Source of the DNA: Dehalococcoidales bacterium
Lineage (GTDB): Bacteria > Chloroflexota > Dehalococcoidia > Dehalococcoidales > RBG-16-60-22
NCBI GenBank assembly: GCA_036787005.1
Contig: DAIQQC010000001.1
Span: 12,879 to 68,377, forward strand
Reading direction: 5' to 3'
DNA length: 55,499 nt
Shown here: one piece after another, positions 28,739 to 38,638 of the stretch
Position numbering within the stretch: position 1 is the first letter of the stretch
Layout: each line of letters starts with the position of its first letter
The notes under the pieces: generated by a model
Database searches by the model: none
What the model was told of the DNA's origin: nothing
The model's input: the letters and a program-made list of their open reading frames with translations, nothing else
Translations under genes and position numbers: made by a program

Positions 28739-30589
28739 ATGGCTGGAGGCTATATGGGAAGACTCCTGTGGGTAAATCTTTCCACGGGAGAAATAAAAGT
28801 TGAGCAACTTGATGAGAGTCTTTACCGGGATTTTATCGGTGGCTATGGCCTGGGCGCCAGAGTACTTTACAGTCGCCAGAAAGGCGGTGTGGATGCGCTG
28901 GGACCGGATAACATCCTGGGTCTGCTTACGGGGCCGCTTACCGGAACGCCGGCTATCAGCGGCACCAGGTATACAGTTGTGGGAAAGTCGCCGCTGACGG
29001 GGGGTTGGGGAGATGCTAACTCCGGAGGCCATTTCGGCCCCAAGCTCAAGTTCGCCGGCTATGACGGTGTGTTCTTTACCGGCATCGCGGATAAACCGGT
29101 CTACCTGCTTTTGAACAACGGTAAAGCCGAGATAAAAGATGCCAGGGAATATTGGGGTAAAGACACGTATTACACGGAGGACACCCTAAAGTCGGAATAT
29201 GGCAGCGCCGCTGAGGTTGCCTGTATTGGTCCGGCCGGAGAAAAGCTCTCCCGTGTCGCCTGCATTATCACCCGTAAAGGAGATGCCGCCGCACGCTCGG
29301 GGCTGGGAGCGGTGATGGGTTCGAAGAAACTGAAGGCGGTGGTTGCCATGGGCGACCAGAAAGTGCCCCTGGCCGATAGCGAAGCTGCCGACAGGCTGAG
29401 AAAAGAGCACTGGGAATATTTAAAGATGGGGATGGGTGGCGGAATGAACATGTACGGCACCTCCGGGCATGGAGATACATCAGCCCTGAGCGGTGATACC
29501 CCTATTAAAAACTGGGGAGGCATCGGGGTTATCGAACTGCCTGATGTCACCGGTCTCAACAAAGATAAGATGATTGCCAACCTGGACCACCGGACAGGCT
29601 GCTGGCAATGCCTGGCGGCCTGCAAGGCTGTCCTTAAAAACGGCATCCAGTATCCCTATCCAGCCGGGACTAAAAGACTGGAGTACGAAACTATTGGTGC
29701 TTTTGGGGCGAATTGTAAGAACACTAATGCCGAGTCCATAATTATGGCCAGTCATCTCTGCAACAGCTACGGCATGGATACCATATCCGCCGGAAGCATC
29801 ATCGCCTTCGCTCTGGAACTTTATGAGCACGGCATTATCACTAAAAAGGATACCGGTGGCATCAACCTCAAATGGGGCGATCCCGATGCCCTCGTCGCCA
29901 TGACGGAGAAGCTGGTAAAACGCGAAGCAATCGGAGATATCCTCGCCGAGGGAGTTAAAAACGCTGCTGAGAAAATCGGCAAAGGCGCCGAGCAATACGC
30001 CGTACATATCGGCGGGCAGGAGCTGGGCATGCACGACCCCAAGCTCGGCGGGCGCCCCTTTCAATTCCCCCGCCACCCGACGGGTACCGTGTACAAGATG
30101 GATGCCACACCGGGCCGCCATACCGGAGCATTCGGGCCTGACGGCTTTGAAAGGCACCTCAATAACTCCATGGGCACCTGTCTATTCTTGTTCCTTTCTC
30201 CTTTGCCTAAAGACCCAACAACACCCCTCCCCTTCGCCGCCAGCATGATGAAGGCCGTGACCGGCTGGGACCGTTCTCTGGATGAGTTGCTTGAAGCCGG
30301 TGAAAGGATTGGTACTATGCGGCATGTCTTTACCCTCCGCGAAGGCATCAATCCCCGGGAGCGCTTCGTGCATAACAGGATAATCGGGCGGCCACCGCAG
30401 AAAGATGGCCCGCTAGCCGGCGTATCGCTGGATATCGAGGAGGAAACTGCCTGGAACCTGGGTGCCCTGGACTGGGACCGGGTGACGACCAAACCCAGCC
30501 GGAAGAAACTGTTAAAACTAGGACTGGATGACGTGGCAGCAGAGCTCTGGCCGCCGCCAGTGGCTCCTGGGTTCGATCCGTCGAGATGA
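28739..30589 (+). CDS. aldehyde:ferredoxin oxidoreductase family (tungstopterin-type) enzyme
   Basis: 616 aa. The N-terminus GRLLWVNLSTGEIKVEQLDESLYRDFIGGYGLGARVLY and AOR_N/AOR_C blocks are typical of the AOR family. AGGAG RBS. Confidence 0.85.
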   Translation: MAGGYMGRLLWVNLSTGEIKVEQLDESLYRDFIGGYGLGARVLYSRQKGGVDALGPDNILGLLTGPLTGTPAISGTRYTVVGKSPLTGGWGDANSGGHFGPKLKFAGYDGVFFTGIADKPVYLLLNNGKAEIKDAREYWGKDTYYTEDTLKSEYGSAAEVACIGPAGEKLSRVACIITRKGDAAARSGLGAVMGSKKLKAVVAMGDQKVPLADSEAADRLRKEHWEYLKMGMGGGMNMYGTSGHGDTSALSGDTPIKNWGGIGVIELPDVTGLNKDKMIANLDHRTGCWQCLAACKAVLKNGIQYPYPAGTKRLEYETIGAFGANCKNTNAESIIMASHLCNSYGMDTISAGSIIAFALELYEHGIITKKDTGGINLKWGDPDALVAMTEKLVKREAIGDILAEGVKNAAEKIGKGAEQYAVHIGGQELGMHDPKLGGRPFQFPRHPTGTVYKMDATPGRHTGAFGPDGFERHLNNSMGTCLFLFLSPLPKDPTTPLPFAASMMKAVTGWDRSLDELLEAGERIGTMRHVFTLREGINPRERFVHNRIIGRPPQKDGPLAGVSLDIEEETAWNLGALDWDRVTTKPSRKKLLKLGLDDVAAELWPPPVAPGFDPSR

Positions 30590-30670
30590 TAAGAACCGAC
30601 TCGTAACATAAGCGGGTATCACCAGAGTTAAAAATACGGGGATATAGTCCATTGCCAAAAGGGGGTTAGC

Positions 30671-31594
30671 GTGCCAAAAGGGATAATTGTTTACCTCTCC
30701 TACACCGGAAACACCAGGCAGATTGCCCGGGCAATATACAGAGGTATGAATCCGCTCATGGACAGGTGCGGTATCGTCAAGCTGCGCCAGACCAACCCGG
30801 CGGACCTGGTGGGTTATGACCTGATAGGTATCGGCAGCCCGGTGCGGCTTGGCAAAATGCCCGTCGAGCTCAAGGATTTTATCGTAAAAATGGATTCGCT
30901 GCAAGGAACGCACTGCTTCGTTTTCAATACCCATGCGGCACTGCCGGTCGGTTTCATGAGAGAGTGCGTGACCGCTTTGAAAGATAAAGGACTGGTCGTT
31001 ATCGGTTTTAAAAACTGGTACAGCGCCGTATATCTCCCCTATGTTCCCAAGCCATATTTCACCGATGGTCATCCGGATGAAATCGACCTCAAAGAAGCCG
31101 AGCAATTCGGGCGGGAAATGGTGCTATACAGTCGCAAAATACATCAAGGCGAGAGCGACCTAATCCAGCGCCTGCCTGAAGGTAAAGAGTACGATAGGAT
31201 TTACGGCGCTCAAATGACGGGCGCCCTACCCGTGGATGTGATGAAAGCACGCGCCCAGGGATTCAGCATAAACATGGAAAAGTGCACCCGCTGCAACTAT
31301 TGCGTGGAACTCTGCCCCACGAACAGTATCGATTTCTCGGTAAACCCGCCAGTTTTTAAGAGATGCGACCAGTGCTGGATGTGCGAGCAGACCTGCCCGG
31401 AGGGCGCTATATCATTCAACTACCCGCCGCTCCTCAAATCCCACAACGTTATCGTGGAGCAGAGGTTTGTCCCGGCCCTCAAGCTCGCGGAAGAACTAGG
31501 CCGTTTCCGGCCGTTGGTGAAGCCTGAAGACATAGGGTGGGAGACACCTCTATTTATTACTAACAAGCCGCCGCGTTTTAAAATTATGCAATAA
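30671..31594 (+). CDS. flavodoxin-like domain fused to a 2x[4Fe-4S] ferredoxin domain (EFR1-type)
   Basis: IIVYLSYTGNTRQIA is a flavodoxin-type N-terminus. CTRCNYCVELCP and CDQCWMCEQTCP are the cluster motifs. GTG start follows AAGGGGG. Confidence 0.75.
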   Translation: MPKGIIVYLSYTGNTRQIARAIYRGMNPLMDRCGIVKLRQTNPADLVGYDLIGIGSPVRLGKMPVELKDFIVKMDSLQGTHCFVFNTHAALPVGFMRECVTALKDKGLVVIGFKNWYSAVYLPYVPKPYFTDGHPDEIDLKEAEQFGREMVLYSRKIHQGESDLIQRLPEGKEYDRIYGAQMTGALPVDVMKARAQGFSINMEKCTRCNYCVELCPTNSIDFSVNPPVFKRCDQCWMCEQTCPEGAISFNYPPLLKSHNVIVEQRFVPALKLAEELGRFRPLVKPEDIGWETPLFITNKPPRFKIMQ

Positions 31595-31669
31595 CCCGAG
31601 GGCTTTATTCACGTTGAACTAATGATATCGCCTTCAAAAAAATACCCAATAAGAGAAGGGAGATGTTAT

Positions 31670-32293
31670 ATGGCTAAAGAAAACTTGGAGCAGAAAGTTA
31701 AAGACCTGGAGGCAAAGCTTACGGCCGTAACCGATATACAGGAGATAGAAAAACTGCAGAGGATATACGGTTTTTACCTGGATAACCGTATGTGGGATGA
31801 CGTTGTGGATTTATTTTCCGATAATACCGAATCGCTGGAGATAAGCGATAGCGGCGTGTACCTGGGGAAAGCCGGGGTGAGGAGATTTTTCAAGGAATTC
31901 ATGGGGAGAGGCGGCTTGCCGCCCATGCCCGGAGCCCTAGGGACACACATGCAGCACCAGGGAGTAGTCAACCTAGACCCGGGGGGTGTTACCGCCAAGG
32001 GAAGATGGCAATGCGTCATCTGGCTGGCTACGTCCCTGAATAATAAGCTATCGGCAGGGCTGGGTCACGGCGTCTACGAGGATGAATACATTAAAGAAAA
32101 TAAAACATGGAAATTCAAAAAAATGCATTTCTACTTGGTGTTCCGGACCCTGCTGGATGAAGGATGGGTGAAGACACCGGTGGTGCTTTCCATGGCTAAG
32201 GGAAGCGCTGATTTACCCACTACCGTCTATAAACCTTACCCGTCCGGTTATGTTATCCCCTTCCACTTTAAGAACCCCGTAACCGGGAAGTAG
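31670..32293 (+). CDS. SnoaL-like / NTF2-family protein
   Basis: LEAKLTAVTDIQEIEKLQRIYGFYLDNRMWDDVVDLFSDN is the canonical SnoaL_4 opening. ATG at 31670 follows AGAAGGGAG. Confidence 0.7.
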   Translation: MAKENLEQKVKDLEAKLTAVTDIQEIEKLQRIYGFYLDNRMWDDVVDLFSDNTESLEISDSGVYLGKAGVRRFFKEFMGRGGLPPMPGALGTHMQHQGVVNLDPGGVTAKGRWQCVIWLATSLNNKLSAGLGHGVYEDEYIKENKTWKFKKMHFYLVFRTLLDEGWVKTPVVLSMAKGSADLPTTVYKPYPSGYVIPFHFKNPVTGK

Positions 32294-32307
32294 AGAGGAG
32301 AGAAAAA

Positions 32308-32757
32308 ATGACAGAGACCAAATATGGGAAGTATATTATTTCCAAACCTAAGATAGTAACACAGCTGGCGCATCACTCCAAGGAAGCCGCTTACCCCTGG
32401 AAGTTCCCGGCAGAAGTGTACCTGGATGGTGACATGGTGCCAGGATGCCCGGTATGGTTCGATATTAACTGGATTTTCGATACACACCTACCATCCGTTC
32501 CCGACTGGATTAAACCGCATAAACACGACCAGAATGAAATCCTTCTTTTTGTTGCCACAAACTCGGAAGGTAAACTGGGCGGAGAAATTGAGATATCAAT
32601 AGGCAAGGGAAAGGACAGGGAAAAGCACACTTTCAGCCACACAACCGCCGTTTTCATCCCGGCGGGAATAACACACTGCCCGATTGTCTATAAAAGCGTC
32701 GATAAGAAAAAACCGCAAATGATGATGGCTTTACTATTCAATCCGGATTACACTTAA
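32308..32757 (+). CDS. small cupin-domain protein, uncharacterised family (paralog 3 of 4)
   Basis: MTETKYGKYIISKPK...KPHKHDQNEILLFVATN...GGEIEISIG...VFIPAGITHCPIVY. It starts 14 nt after the SnoaL-like gene. Confidence 0.7.
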   Translation: MTETKYGKYIISKPKIVTQLAHHSKEAAYPWKFPAEVYLDGDMVPGCPVWFDINWIFDTHLPSVPDWIKPHKHDQNEILLFVATNSEGKLGGEIEISIGKGKDREKHTFSHTTAVFIPAGITHCPIVYKSVDKKKPQMMMALLFNPDYT

Positions 32758-32862
32758 CCGAGTTTCCTGGCTTAACCCGTGTGCCAAGTTTTAATAGCAG
32801 GGTACGAGGTTCTGTTTGCTTTTAGTTGTGCAAGAATACCTCGTAACCTCACTCCCTTTTGT

Positions 32863-32998
32863 AACCTCACCCCCTAACCTCCTCTCCAACCAGCTATATT
32901 GAACCAAGTCCATGAAGAACTGGTCGGAGTGGGGGAAACCAGAAGAGAGGGGGCTGCGCTCCCTCTAGCCGCGCACTCCCCTATTATAATGGGGAGAG
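32863..32998. repeat. REP/MITE-like palindromic intergenic repeat, copy 1
   Basis: AACCTCACCCCCTAACCTCCTCTCCAACCAG ... CTGGTCGGAGTGGGGG ... AGAAGAGAGGGGGCTGCGCTCCCTCT ... CTCCCCTATTATAATGGGGAG is a series of hairpins homologous to 53919-54099. Confidence 0.6.
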
Positions 32999-33138
32999 AG
33001 AAAATTTAACGAGACGGTTATATGCGGCGAGGGGTACGTTAGAATATCAGACAAATGCGAATAGCACCAGTTACGATAAGCAGATTTTAAAAAAGAGCCT
33101 GCTTGCCTATTCTAACTATAAAGTTATTCCTCCCGCCG

Positions 33139-33546
33139 TTAATCCGGGTAGGCGGCGATAGCGTCTACTTCAACCTTGAAATTTTTGGAGGCAAGCCCCT
33201 CTACGACAGCCAGGGTTCCGGTGCTGGGCTTTTCTTTTAAACCGGGCGCATATTTATAGCATTCATCATGGAACTTGCGAATCACCTTAACCGGGTCGGC
33301 GGCACCTTTTTTCATGTAAATGGTATGCTTTACCATGGCGCCGATATTTAAGCCAAGCTCTTCCAAGGCGGCGTTCATCTTACGCACCACAACCTCTATC
33401 TGGACAAAAATATCATCATCCACGTCACCACCCTTGCTGAAATCCATTGCCTCCGTGCCGGAAAGAAAGATAATTTTTCCTACCGATAAAGTCTTGCTGA
33501 TGTCCATCGACATCTCACCGTATAAAGTACGCTTAAAGTTATCCAT
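33139..33546 (-). CDS. RidA/YjgF/L-PSP family protein
   Basis: 135 aa with IFLSGT... and a C-terminal VEVDAIAA pattern typical of the family. Confidence 0.75.
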   Translation of the reverse strand: MDNFKRTLYGEMSMDISKTLSVGKIIFLSGTEAMDFSKGGDVDDDIFVQIEVVVRKMNAALEELGLNIGAMVKHTIYMKKGAADPVKVIRKFHDECYKYAPGLKEKPSTGTLAVVEGLASKNFKVEVDAIAAYPD

Positions 33547-33592
33547 GCTGTTCCTCCTTTATCTTAGTTATTCCGGGCTCCTGTATCTATTT

Positions 33593-34654
33593 TCATAGCT
33601 TGTATTCTTCAAATTCATACCGGCAAGGCTGTCCCCAGGCAACGTACATCACCTTATCCTCGGGGATCATAATTACCGAAGCCAGCGTCTCTCCCCGGGG
33701 CATCTGGGGGTTCATATGGGCACATATCGAGTTGGGGTAGTTATTATGGTCAGCCATGAACTCCATCATCAACTCAACGGTAAGGTCTCCATAGTGCCTT
33801 TCCATGAGTCTTTTTATCCGCTGCACCCGAATGTAGCTGTCACCTTCCATCAAACCAAAGGTGCCGTCACCCCTTTTCAGTCTTTCCGTGAGGTAATGGT
33901 TGGAGTGAACGAACATATCGGCTTCAGGCTGCAGCACGTTAAAGTCATCGGGCCTGGTCTCAATAGCGATAATGTCCCCTTCCGCGCTAGCGAAGGTATA
34001 ATTCAAGATACTACGCCCCGAGGCGCAAACGACCCCTAGGGCGTCGCCGATTCTCTTCTGCCGCATCGCCCGCAAGATGACACAGCAACAGGGCACGTTA
34101 AGGGCCTGGTCTTTAACCGGACTTAACATTACGTTCAGAGTCATTGCTACTCCCGCGGAGTTCAGCAACACCTCGCAGGCGCCGCCAAAGACAAGCGATA
34201 GCTGTTCCAGATTGTCATTGTACTTTTTCCTGACCAGATCTATCGACAAACCGGCATTGAGGTCGAAGTTCTGGCCGATGATTGTCTTACCGCCCCTTGT
34301 CACCTTACCCGTAGCGGCAAAAGACGTGCAAAGACAGGTTACACGCTGGTAATATATGCCTAACTCAAACCGGCACATCAGCATTAAAATCTCATCAAAC
34401 GGGACGCCGGCACCTTCCGCCTGTCCCTTCATCATCTCAATCAGCTCCGGGTCAAAACGCTCTACCGAGGGCAAATATTTACGGGCATTGGCCAAGATTT
34501 CCGCCTTGCTGACTTTCCGCACCATGCCGATGTTAACGATAAGCTCATTAATCGATTTGATAATATTATTCCGGCAAGCTACGCCGTACTGCTTCCCGAT
34601 TTCATAAGGAGTGCCACTGCACTCATGGACCGGTAACTTCCTGCTATCTTTCAT
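33593..34654 (-). CDS. C45-family peptidase / acyltransferase-like Ntn hydrolase (paralog)
   Basis: LCTSFAATG...GQNFD. It is collinear with 20517-21572 over its full length. ATG at 34654 is preferred over TTG at 34669. Confidence 0.75.
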   Translation of the reverse strand: MKDSRKLPVHECSGTPYEIGKQYGVACRNNIIKSINELIVNIGMVRKVSKAEILANARKYLPSVERFDPELIEMMKGQAEGAGVPFDEILMLMCRFELGIYYQRVTCLCTSFAATGKVTRGGKTIIGQNFDLNAGLSIDLVRKKYNDNLEQLSLVFGGACEVLLNSAGVAMTLNVMLSPVKDQALNVPCCCVILRAMRQKRIGDALGVVCASGRSILNYTFASAEGDIIAIETRPDDFNVLQPEADMFVHSNHYLTERLKRGDGTFGLMEGDSYIRVQRIKRLMERHYGDLTVELMMEFMADHNNYPNSICAHMNPQMPRGETLASVIMIPEDKVMYVAWGQPCRYEFEEYKL

Positions 34655-34696
34655 TTGCCTTCCCTTCAATGCCTGGCGTCTTGTTACTTGGCATCT

Positions 34697-36433
34697 TTAC
34701 ATGGCATCGTAGACAATTTTTCCGCCGGCAACAGTCATCAATGTCCGTATATCCGTTATTTTATGCGGCTCCACATTCAATATATCCTCGTCAAGAATAC
34801 AGAAATCAGCCACTTTACCGGGTTCTATAGAGCCTTTGACCTGTTCCATGTGGTCCTGCCAGGCTCCTTCTATGGTATACATCCGGATAGCCTGTTCGCG
34901 GCTAATACGCTGGCCAGAGTCAGCAGACAAGTCTCCTGGTATAGACTCCCTTAAAACGGCTGCCTGTATCCCCTGTTTCCAGTCCGGGATAGTCACAGGA
35001 GCATCAGAGCCGCCGGAAACATGTACGCCTGCCTCCATCAGTGTTTTTAAGGGCAGCAGCTTCGTGGCACGTTCTTTGCCAACGGAAAAAGCTATAGGAC
35101 CGGACATGACATTTGCCAGCACCGGCTGTACCGAAACACCGATATGATATTCGGCCATGCGTCTGGCGCTTTTCCCTGGAACGAAGTCACCATGAATGAT
35201 GTAATGGCGGAGGTCCTTTGGCTGCTCCTGCTCTGCCCTGACAAAACCATCAATACAGGCATCGATGGACCTATCGCCGGTAGCATGAACACCTATTTGA
35301 AAACCGAGTTTGTGGGCATGGGCGACAATATTCCTCAGCTCCTGGCAACGCTGCTCGTCCGTCTGCCCTGAAAAAATAAGAGCCCCGTTACCGCCACCCG
35401 TATAATCTTCATACATCCAGGCGGTTTTCATCGGCGGTATGCCGTCGGCAAAAAGCTTGATTCCGGCTATCCTCAGCCATTTATTGCCAAAACCAGTGTG
35501 TATCCCGATTTCCGGCAAACCCTTGAGCAGTTCCTCAGGATGGTAGCGGCCGTAGGGAGTAAAGAGCAGCAAGATGCTAACCCTTACCGTGAGTTTGCCC
35601 TCATTATTCAGGTCGTTATAGATGCTGATACATTCAGAATCCCATAGCCCCCCATAAACCAGAGCTCCAGCCGGGCCCAGACTCGGCTCGGTGATGCTGG
35701 TTATCCCCAGAGTATTAAGTTCACGCATGGCGGTGAGTAGCGCCTGTTTCTTTTGCTCCCTGGTCAAGAGAGGCACAACGCCGGTCACCAGATCGTCCGT
35801 GAGCATCCCCCGCACTAAACCGGTAAACTCGCCGGTGACCGGGTCTTTGACAACCTCACCACCACGGGCAAATGGGGTGTCTTTATGGATTCCTGCCAGG
35901 TTCCAGGCCCTGGTGTTAAATAGAACGATACGTTCGCCGCGAAAGGGAATAGCCCCGATGTAGACAGGGTTATCCGGAGATATCCGGTCTAAATCCCAGC
36001 GTGTGGGGTACCGGCCCGAGTTTTGCTGACACTCGTTAAGCAATACCGGGTCGAGTCCCATACCTCGTATCCACTCGCCGGGCTTGGCCGACTTTGCTTT
36101 CTCACCTATGGTATTAACAAGGTCGTCGATGGATTTTACCGCCGGGTAACTGACATCGAGCACTACCGGAGGTCTTGTACCACCAAAAAGAGAGGCATGT
36201 ATATGAGCATCGTTAATGCCCGGAAGCACGGTACTGCCTTGAAGGTCGATTTTTCGGGTCTTTTTGCCTGCCAGGGCTATAATCTCTTCATGGCTGCCAA
36301 CCGCCAGGATTATACCGTCTTTAACCGCTATGGCGCGGGCAATAGAAAAATTCTTATCTACCGTGACGACTTTTCCGTTGAAAACAATCAAATCCGCTAG
36401 CGCCGATTCTAGCGGCGACCTGTTTGACGCCAT
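34697..36433 (-). CDS. amidohydrolase-3 (YtcJ-like) metal-dependent hydrolase, cytoplasmic paralog
   Basis: DLIVFNGKVVTVD...PGINDAHIH...HATGD. ATG at 36433 follows GAGAGGTG. No signal peptide. Confidence 0.85.
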   Translation of the reverse strand: MASNRSPLESALADLIVFNGKVVTVDKNFSIARAIAVKDGIILAVGSHEEIIALAGKKTRKIDLQGSTVLPGINDAHIHASLFGGTRPPVVLDVSYPAVKSIDDLVNTIGEKAKSAKPGEWIRGMGLDPVLLNECQQNSGRYPTRWDLDRISPDNPVYIGAIPFRGERIVLFNTRAWNLAGIHKDTPFARGGEVVKDPVTGEFTGLVRGMLTDDLVTGVVPLLTREQKKQALLTAMRELNTLGITSITEPSLGPAGALVYGGLWDSECISIYNDLNNEGKLTVRVSILLLFTPYGRYHPEELLKGLPEIGIHTGFGNKWLRIAGIKLFADGIPPMKTAWMYEDYTGGGNGALIFSGQTDEQRCQELRNIVAHAHKLGFQIGVHATGDRSIDACIDGFVRAEQEQPKDLRHYIIHGDFVPGKSARRMAEYHIGVSVQPVLANVMSGPIAFSVGKERATKLLPLKTLMEAGVHVSGGSDAPVTIPDWKQGIQAAVLRESIPGDLSADSGQRISREQAIRMYTIEGAWQDHMEQVKGSIEPGKVADFCILDEDILNVEPHKITDIRTLMTVAGGKIVYDAM

Positions 36434-36508
36434 GAATATCACCTCTCAGGTTGGACCGAAAAGACCTGTTGTTTTCCAGAGATAACGCCCCATCAGATTC
36501 TAAAAATT

Positions 36509-36578
36509 AAATTACACTCACTCTCCGTTCATTGTCAATTGAAATAAGCATATTGGGGATAAAATTGCACATATTGTG
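36509..36578 (-). promoter_or_regulatory. operator CACAATATGTGCAATTT, N25, TTGACA, N18, TAATTT promoter for the 36433-start operon
   Basis: On the minus strand the motif is 36562-36578, TTGACA is 36533-36538 and the -10 is 36509-36514. Confidence 0.55.
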
Positions 36579-36699
36579 TTATTCAGGGAACGAGGCATAT
36601 ATTTCAGGTAACGCAAGTACGTATCACTATTCCACCCAAATTATTAGGATTTGCCTTCATTTACATGACCGGCGGACATACAAGTTCCATCGCCTGCTT

Positions 36700-36767
36700 C
36701 ACAATATGTGCAATTTGTCTAGCGTTACGCTCATTTTTCTTGACGGTAAGAAGACGATAATTATATT
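36700..36767 (+). promoter_or_regulatory. operator CACAATATGTGCAATTT, N25, TTGACG, N16, TATATT promoter for the 36842-start operon
   Basis: The motif at 36700-36716 is the exact reverse complement of 36562-36578. TTGACG is 36740-36745 and TATATT is 36762-36767. Confidence 0.55.
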
Positions 36768-36841
36768 TTATTAATTAACTCTTATCCTGCTGGAGATAGA
36801 TGTTCTCTTAATAAATACTCTAAGCACAGAGGCAATGTATC

Positions 36842-38560
36842 ATGAAGATAGACATGCGCTATGCCGACACCGTTTTCTTGAATGGGAAAGTCATTACAGT
36901 AGACGGGGATTTTTCAATCTGCCAGGCGGTAGCCACCAAGGACGGTATCATCGTAGCCACGGGCAGAAATAACAACGTCAGGTCTCTGACAGGTAAAAAC
37001 ACGCGGGTTATCGACCTTAAAGGCAAGACGATGCTCCCCGGTATTAACGACTGCCACACACATGCGGCTTTATTCGGTGGTACGAGGCCGCCGCTGATGC
37101 TTGACCTCACCTATCCGACGGTAAAATCAATCAAAGACATCGTCAAGTTAGTTGCGGAAAGAGTTAAAACGACCCACCCCGGGGATTGGATAAGAGGGTT
37201 CGGCTGGGACGAAGGGTATTTAGAGGAATGCCTGCAGGACAGGACACACCACCCCACGCGATGGGATCTGGATGTCATATCCCCGGACAACCCTGTCTGC
37301 CTGGGCGACTTTTCCGTGCACTCCCTCTGGCTGAACAACAAGGCGCTGGAACTGGCGGGTATCACCACGGACACGCCAGTCCCGGTGGGCGGAGACATTG
37401 TTAAAGACCCCGAGACAGGCAAGGTCACGGGGATAATCAACGAGCTTGCCGCCCAGGGAATGGTCATGAAGGTCATACCACCGTGGACCAGGGCGCAGAA
37501 GAGATCTGCGATAGTTACCGCCATTAAAATTTTCAACGAGCTGGGCATTACCAGTATTACCGAGGGCGCGCTGGGGCCTGGAGGCGTGGGCTACCAGGGG
37601 GGACTGCTCGACTCAGAGTGCATCGGGGTCTATAACGACCTCTATGATGAAGGCAAGCTAGACATCCGCGTGAATATATTCTATCTTTTCGGCGAGTACG
37701 GAGCTTGCTCCTATAAAGATTTCCAACAGATTATCCCCGCACTGGGCATACACTCTTGCTTTGGCAACGATTGGATAAAGATCGGCGGAGTGAAGATATT
37801 CGCCGACGGCATCCCTCCGAACAAGACCGCCTGGGTAAGTGAGGAGTACGCTGGAGGAGGGCGGGGCAGCCTGGTGGTGCCGGGTAACACGGAGCAGGAA
37901 CACCGTGAAGAACTTGACAGGATGATAAAGCTGGCTCATCATCATAACTTCCAGGTAGGCGTCCACGCCATCGGTGACATGGCGATAGCCGCCACCGTCG
38001 ACAGCTTCATCGAAGCTGAAAAGAATGAACCCAAAGGTTTGAGGCACTACATTGTACATGCCGACTTCATCTCGCCCGAATACGCTGATAAGGCGGCCAA
38101 AAACAATATCGCCATCTGTGCCCAGCCCGGTATCCAGTGGACCCTTGCCGACGCTAGCTCCTATCTAGTCGGCATCGAGCGGGCAGCCCAGCAGTGGCCG
38201 TACAAGACCATTCTTGATGCCGGCGCGCGTCTCACCGGCAGCTCCGATACGCCCTGCATCGCCCCCCACTGGCTGCAGGGTATTCAGTCTGCCCTATTAA
38301 GGGAGTCTAAAGCCACCGGCAAGGTAAACAATCCTGCCCAACGCATCAGCCGGGAACAGGTTATCCGCATGTACACGATATCTGCTGCCTGGCAGGACCA
38401 CATGGAAAACCGGAAGGGCTCTATCGAACCGGGGAAGCTGGCCGACCTGTGCGTCTTGGGAGAGGATATTCTAGGCGTGGAGGCGCACAGCATAAAGGAC
38501 ATTCCTATAATGATGACGGTGGTCGGCGGGCAGGTAGTCTATGAAAGTGATGATTTTTAG
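36842..38560 (+). CDS. amidohydrolase-3 (YtcJ-like) metal-dependent hydrolase, cytoplasmic paralog
   Basis: DTVFLNGKVITVD...PGINDCHTH...HAIGD. It is collinear with 34697-36433 and 14106-15923. Confidence 0.85.
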   Translation: MKIDMRYADTVFLNGKVITVDGDFSICQAVATKDGIIVATGRNNNVRSLTGKNTRVIDLKGKTMLPGINDCHTHAALFGGTRPPLMLDLTYPTVKSIKDIVKLVAERVKTTHPGDWIRGFGWDEGYLEECLQDRTHHPTRWDLDVISPDNPVCLGDFSVHSLWLNNKALELAGITTDTPVPVGGDIVKDPETGKVTGIINELAAQGMVMKVIPPWTRAQKRSAIVTAIKIFNELGITSITEGALGPGGVGYQGGLLDSECIGVYNDLYDEGKLDIRVNIFYLFGEYGACSYKDFQQIIPALGIHSCFGNDWIKIGGVKIFADGIPPNKTAWVSEEYAGGGRGSLVVPGNTEQEHREELDRMIKLAHHHNFQVGVHAIGDMAIAATVDSFIEAEKNEPKGLRHYIVHADFISPEYADKAAKNNIAICAQPGIQWTLADASSYLVGIERAAQQWPYKTILDAGARLTGSSDTPCIAPHWLQGIQSALLRESKATGKVNNPAQRISREQVIRMYTISAAWQDHMENRKGSIEPGKLADLCVLGEDILGVEAHSIKDIPIMMTVVGGQVVYESDDF

Positions 38561-38638
38561 GTCGGTGAGAGCCGGAGAGGCAGGCTAGCTCATCTCGTAG
38601 CGGTTAGACAGGCTACAACAAATAAAAAAGGGGCGAAT

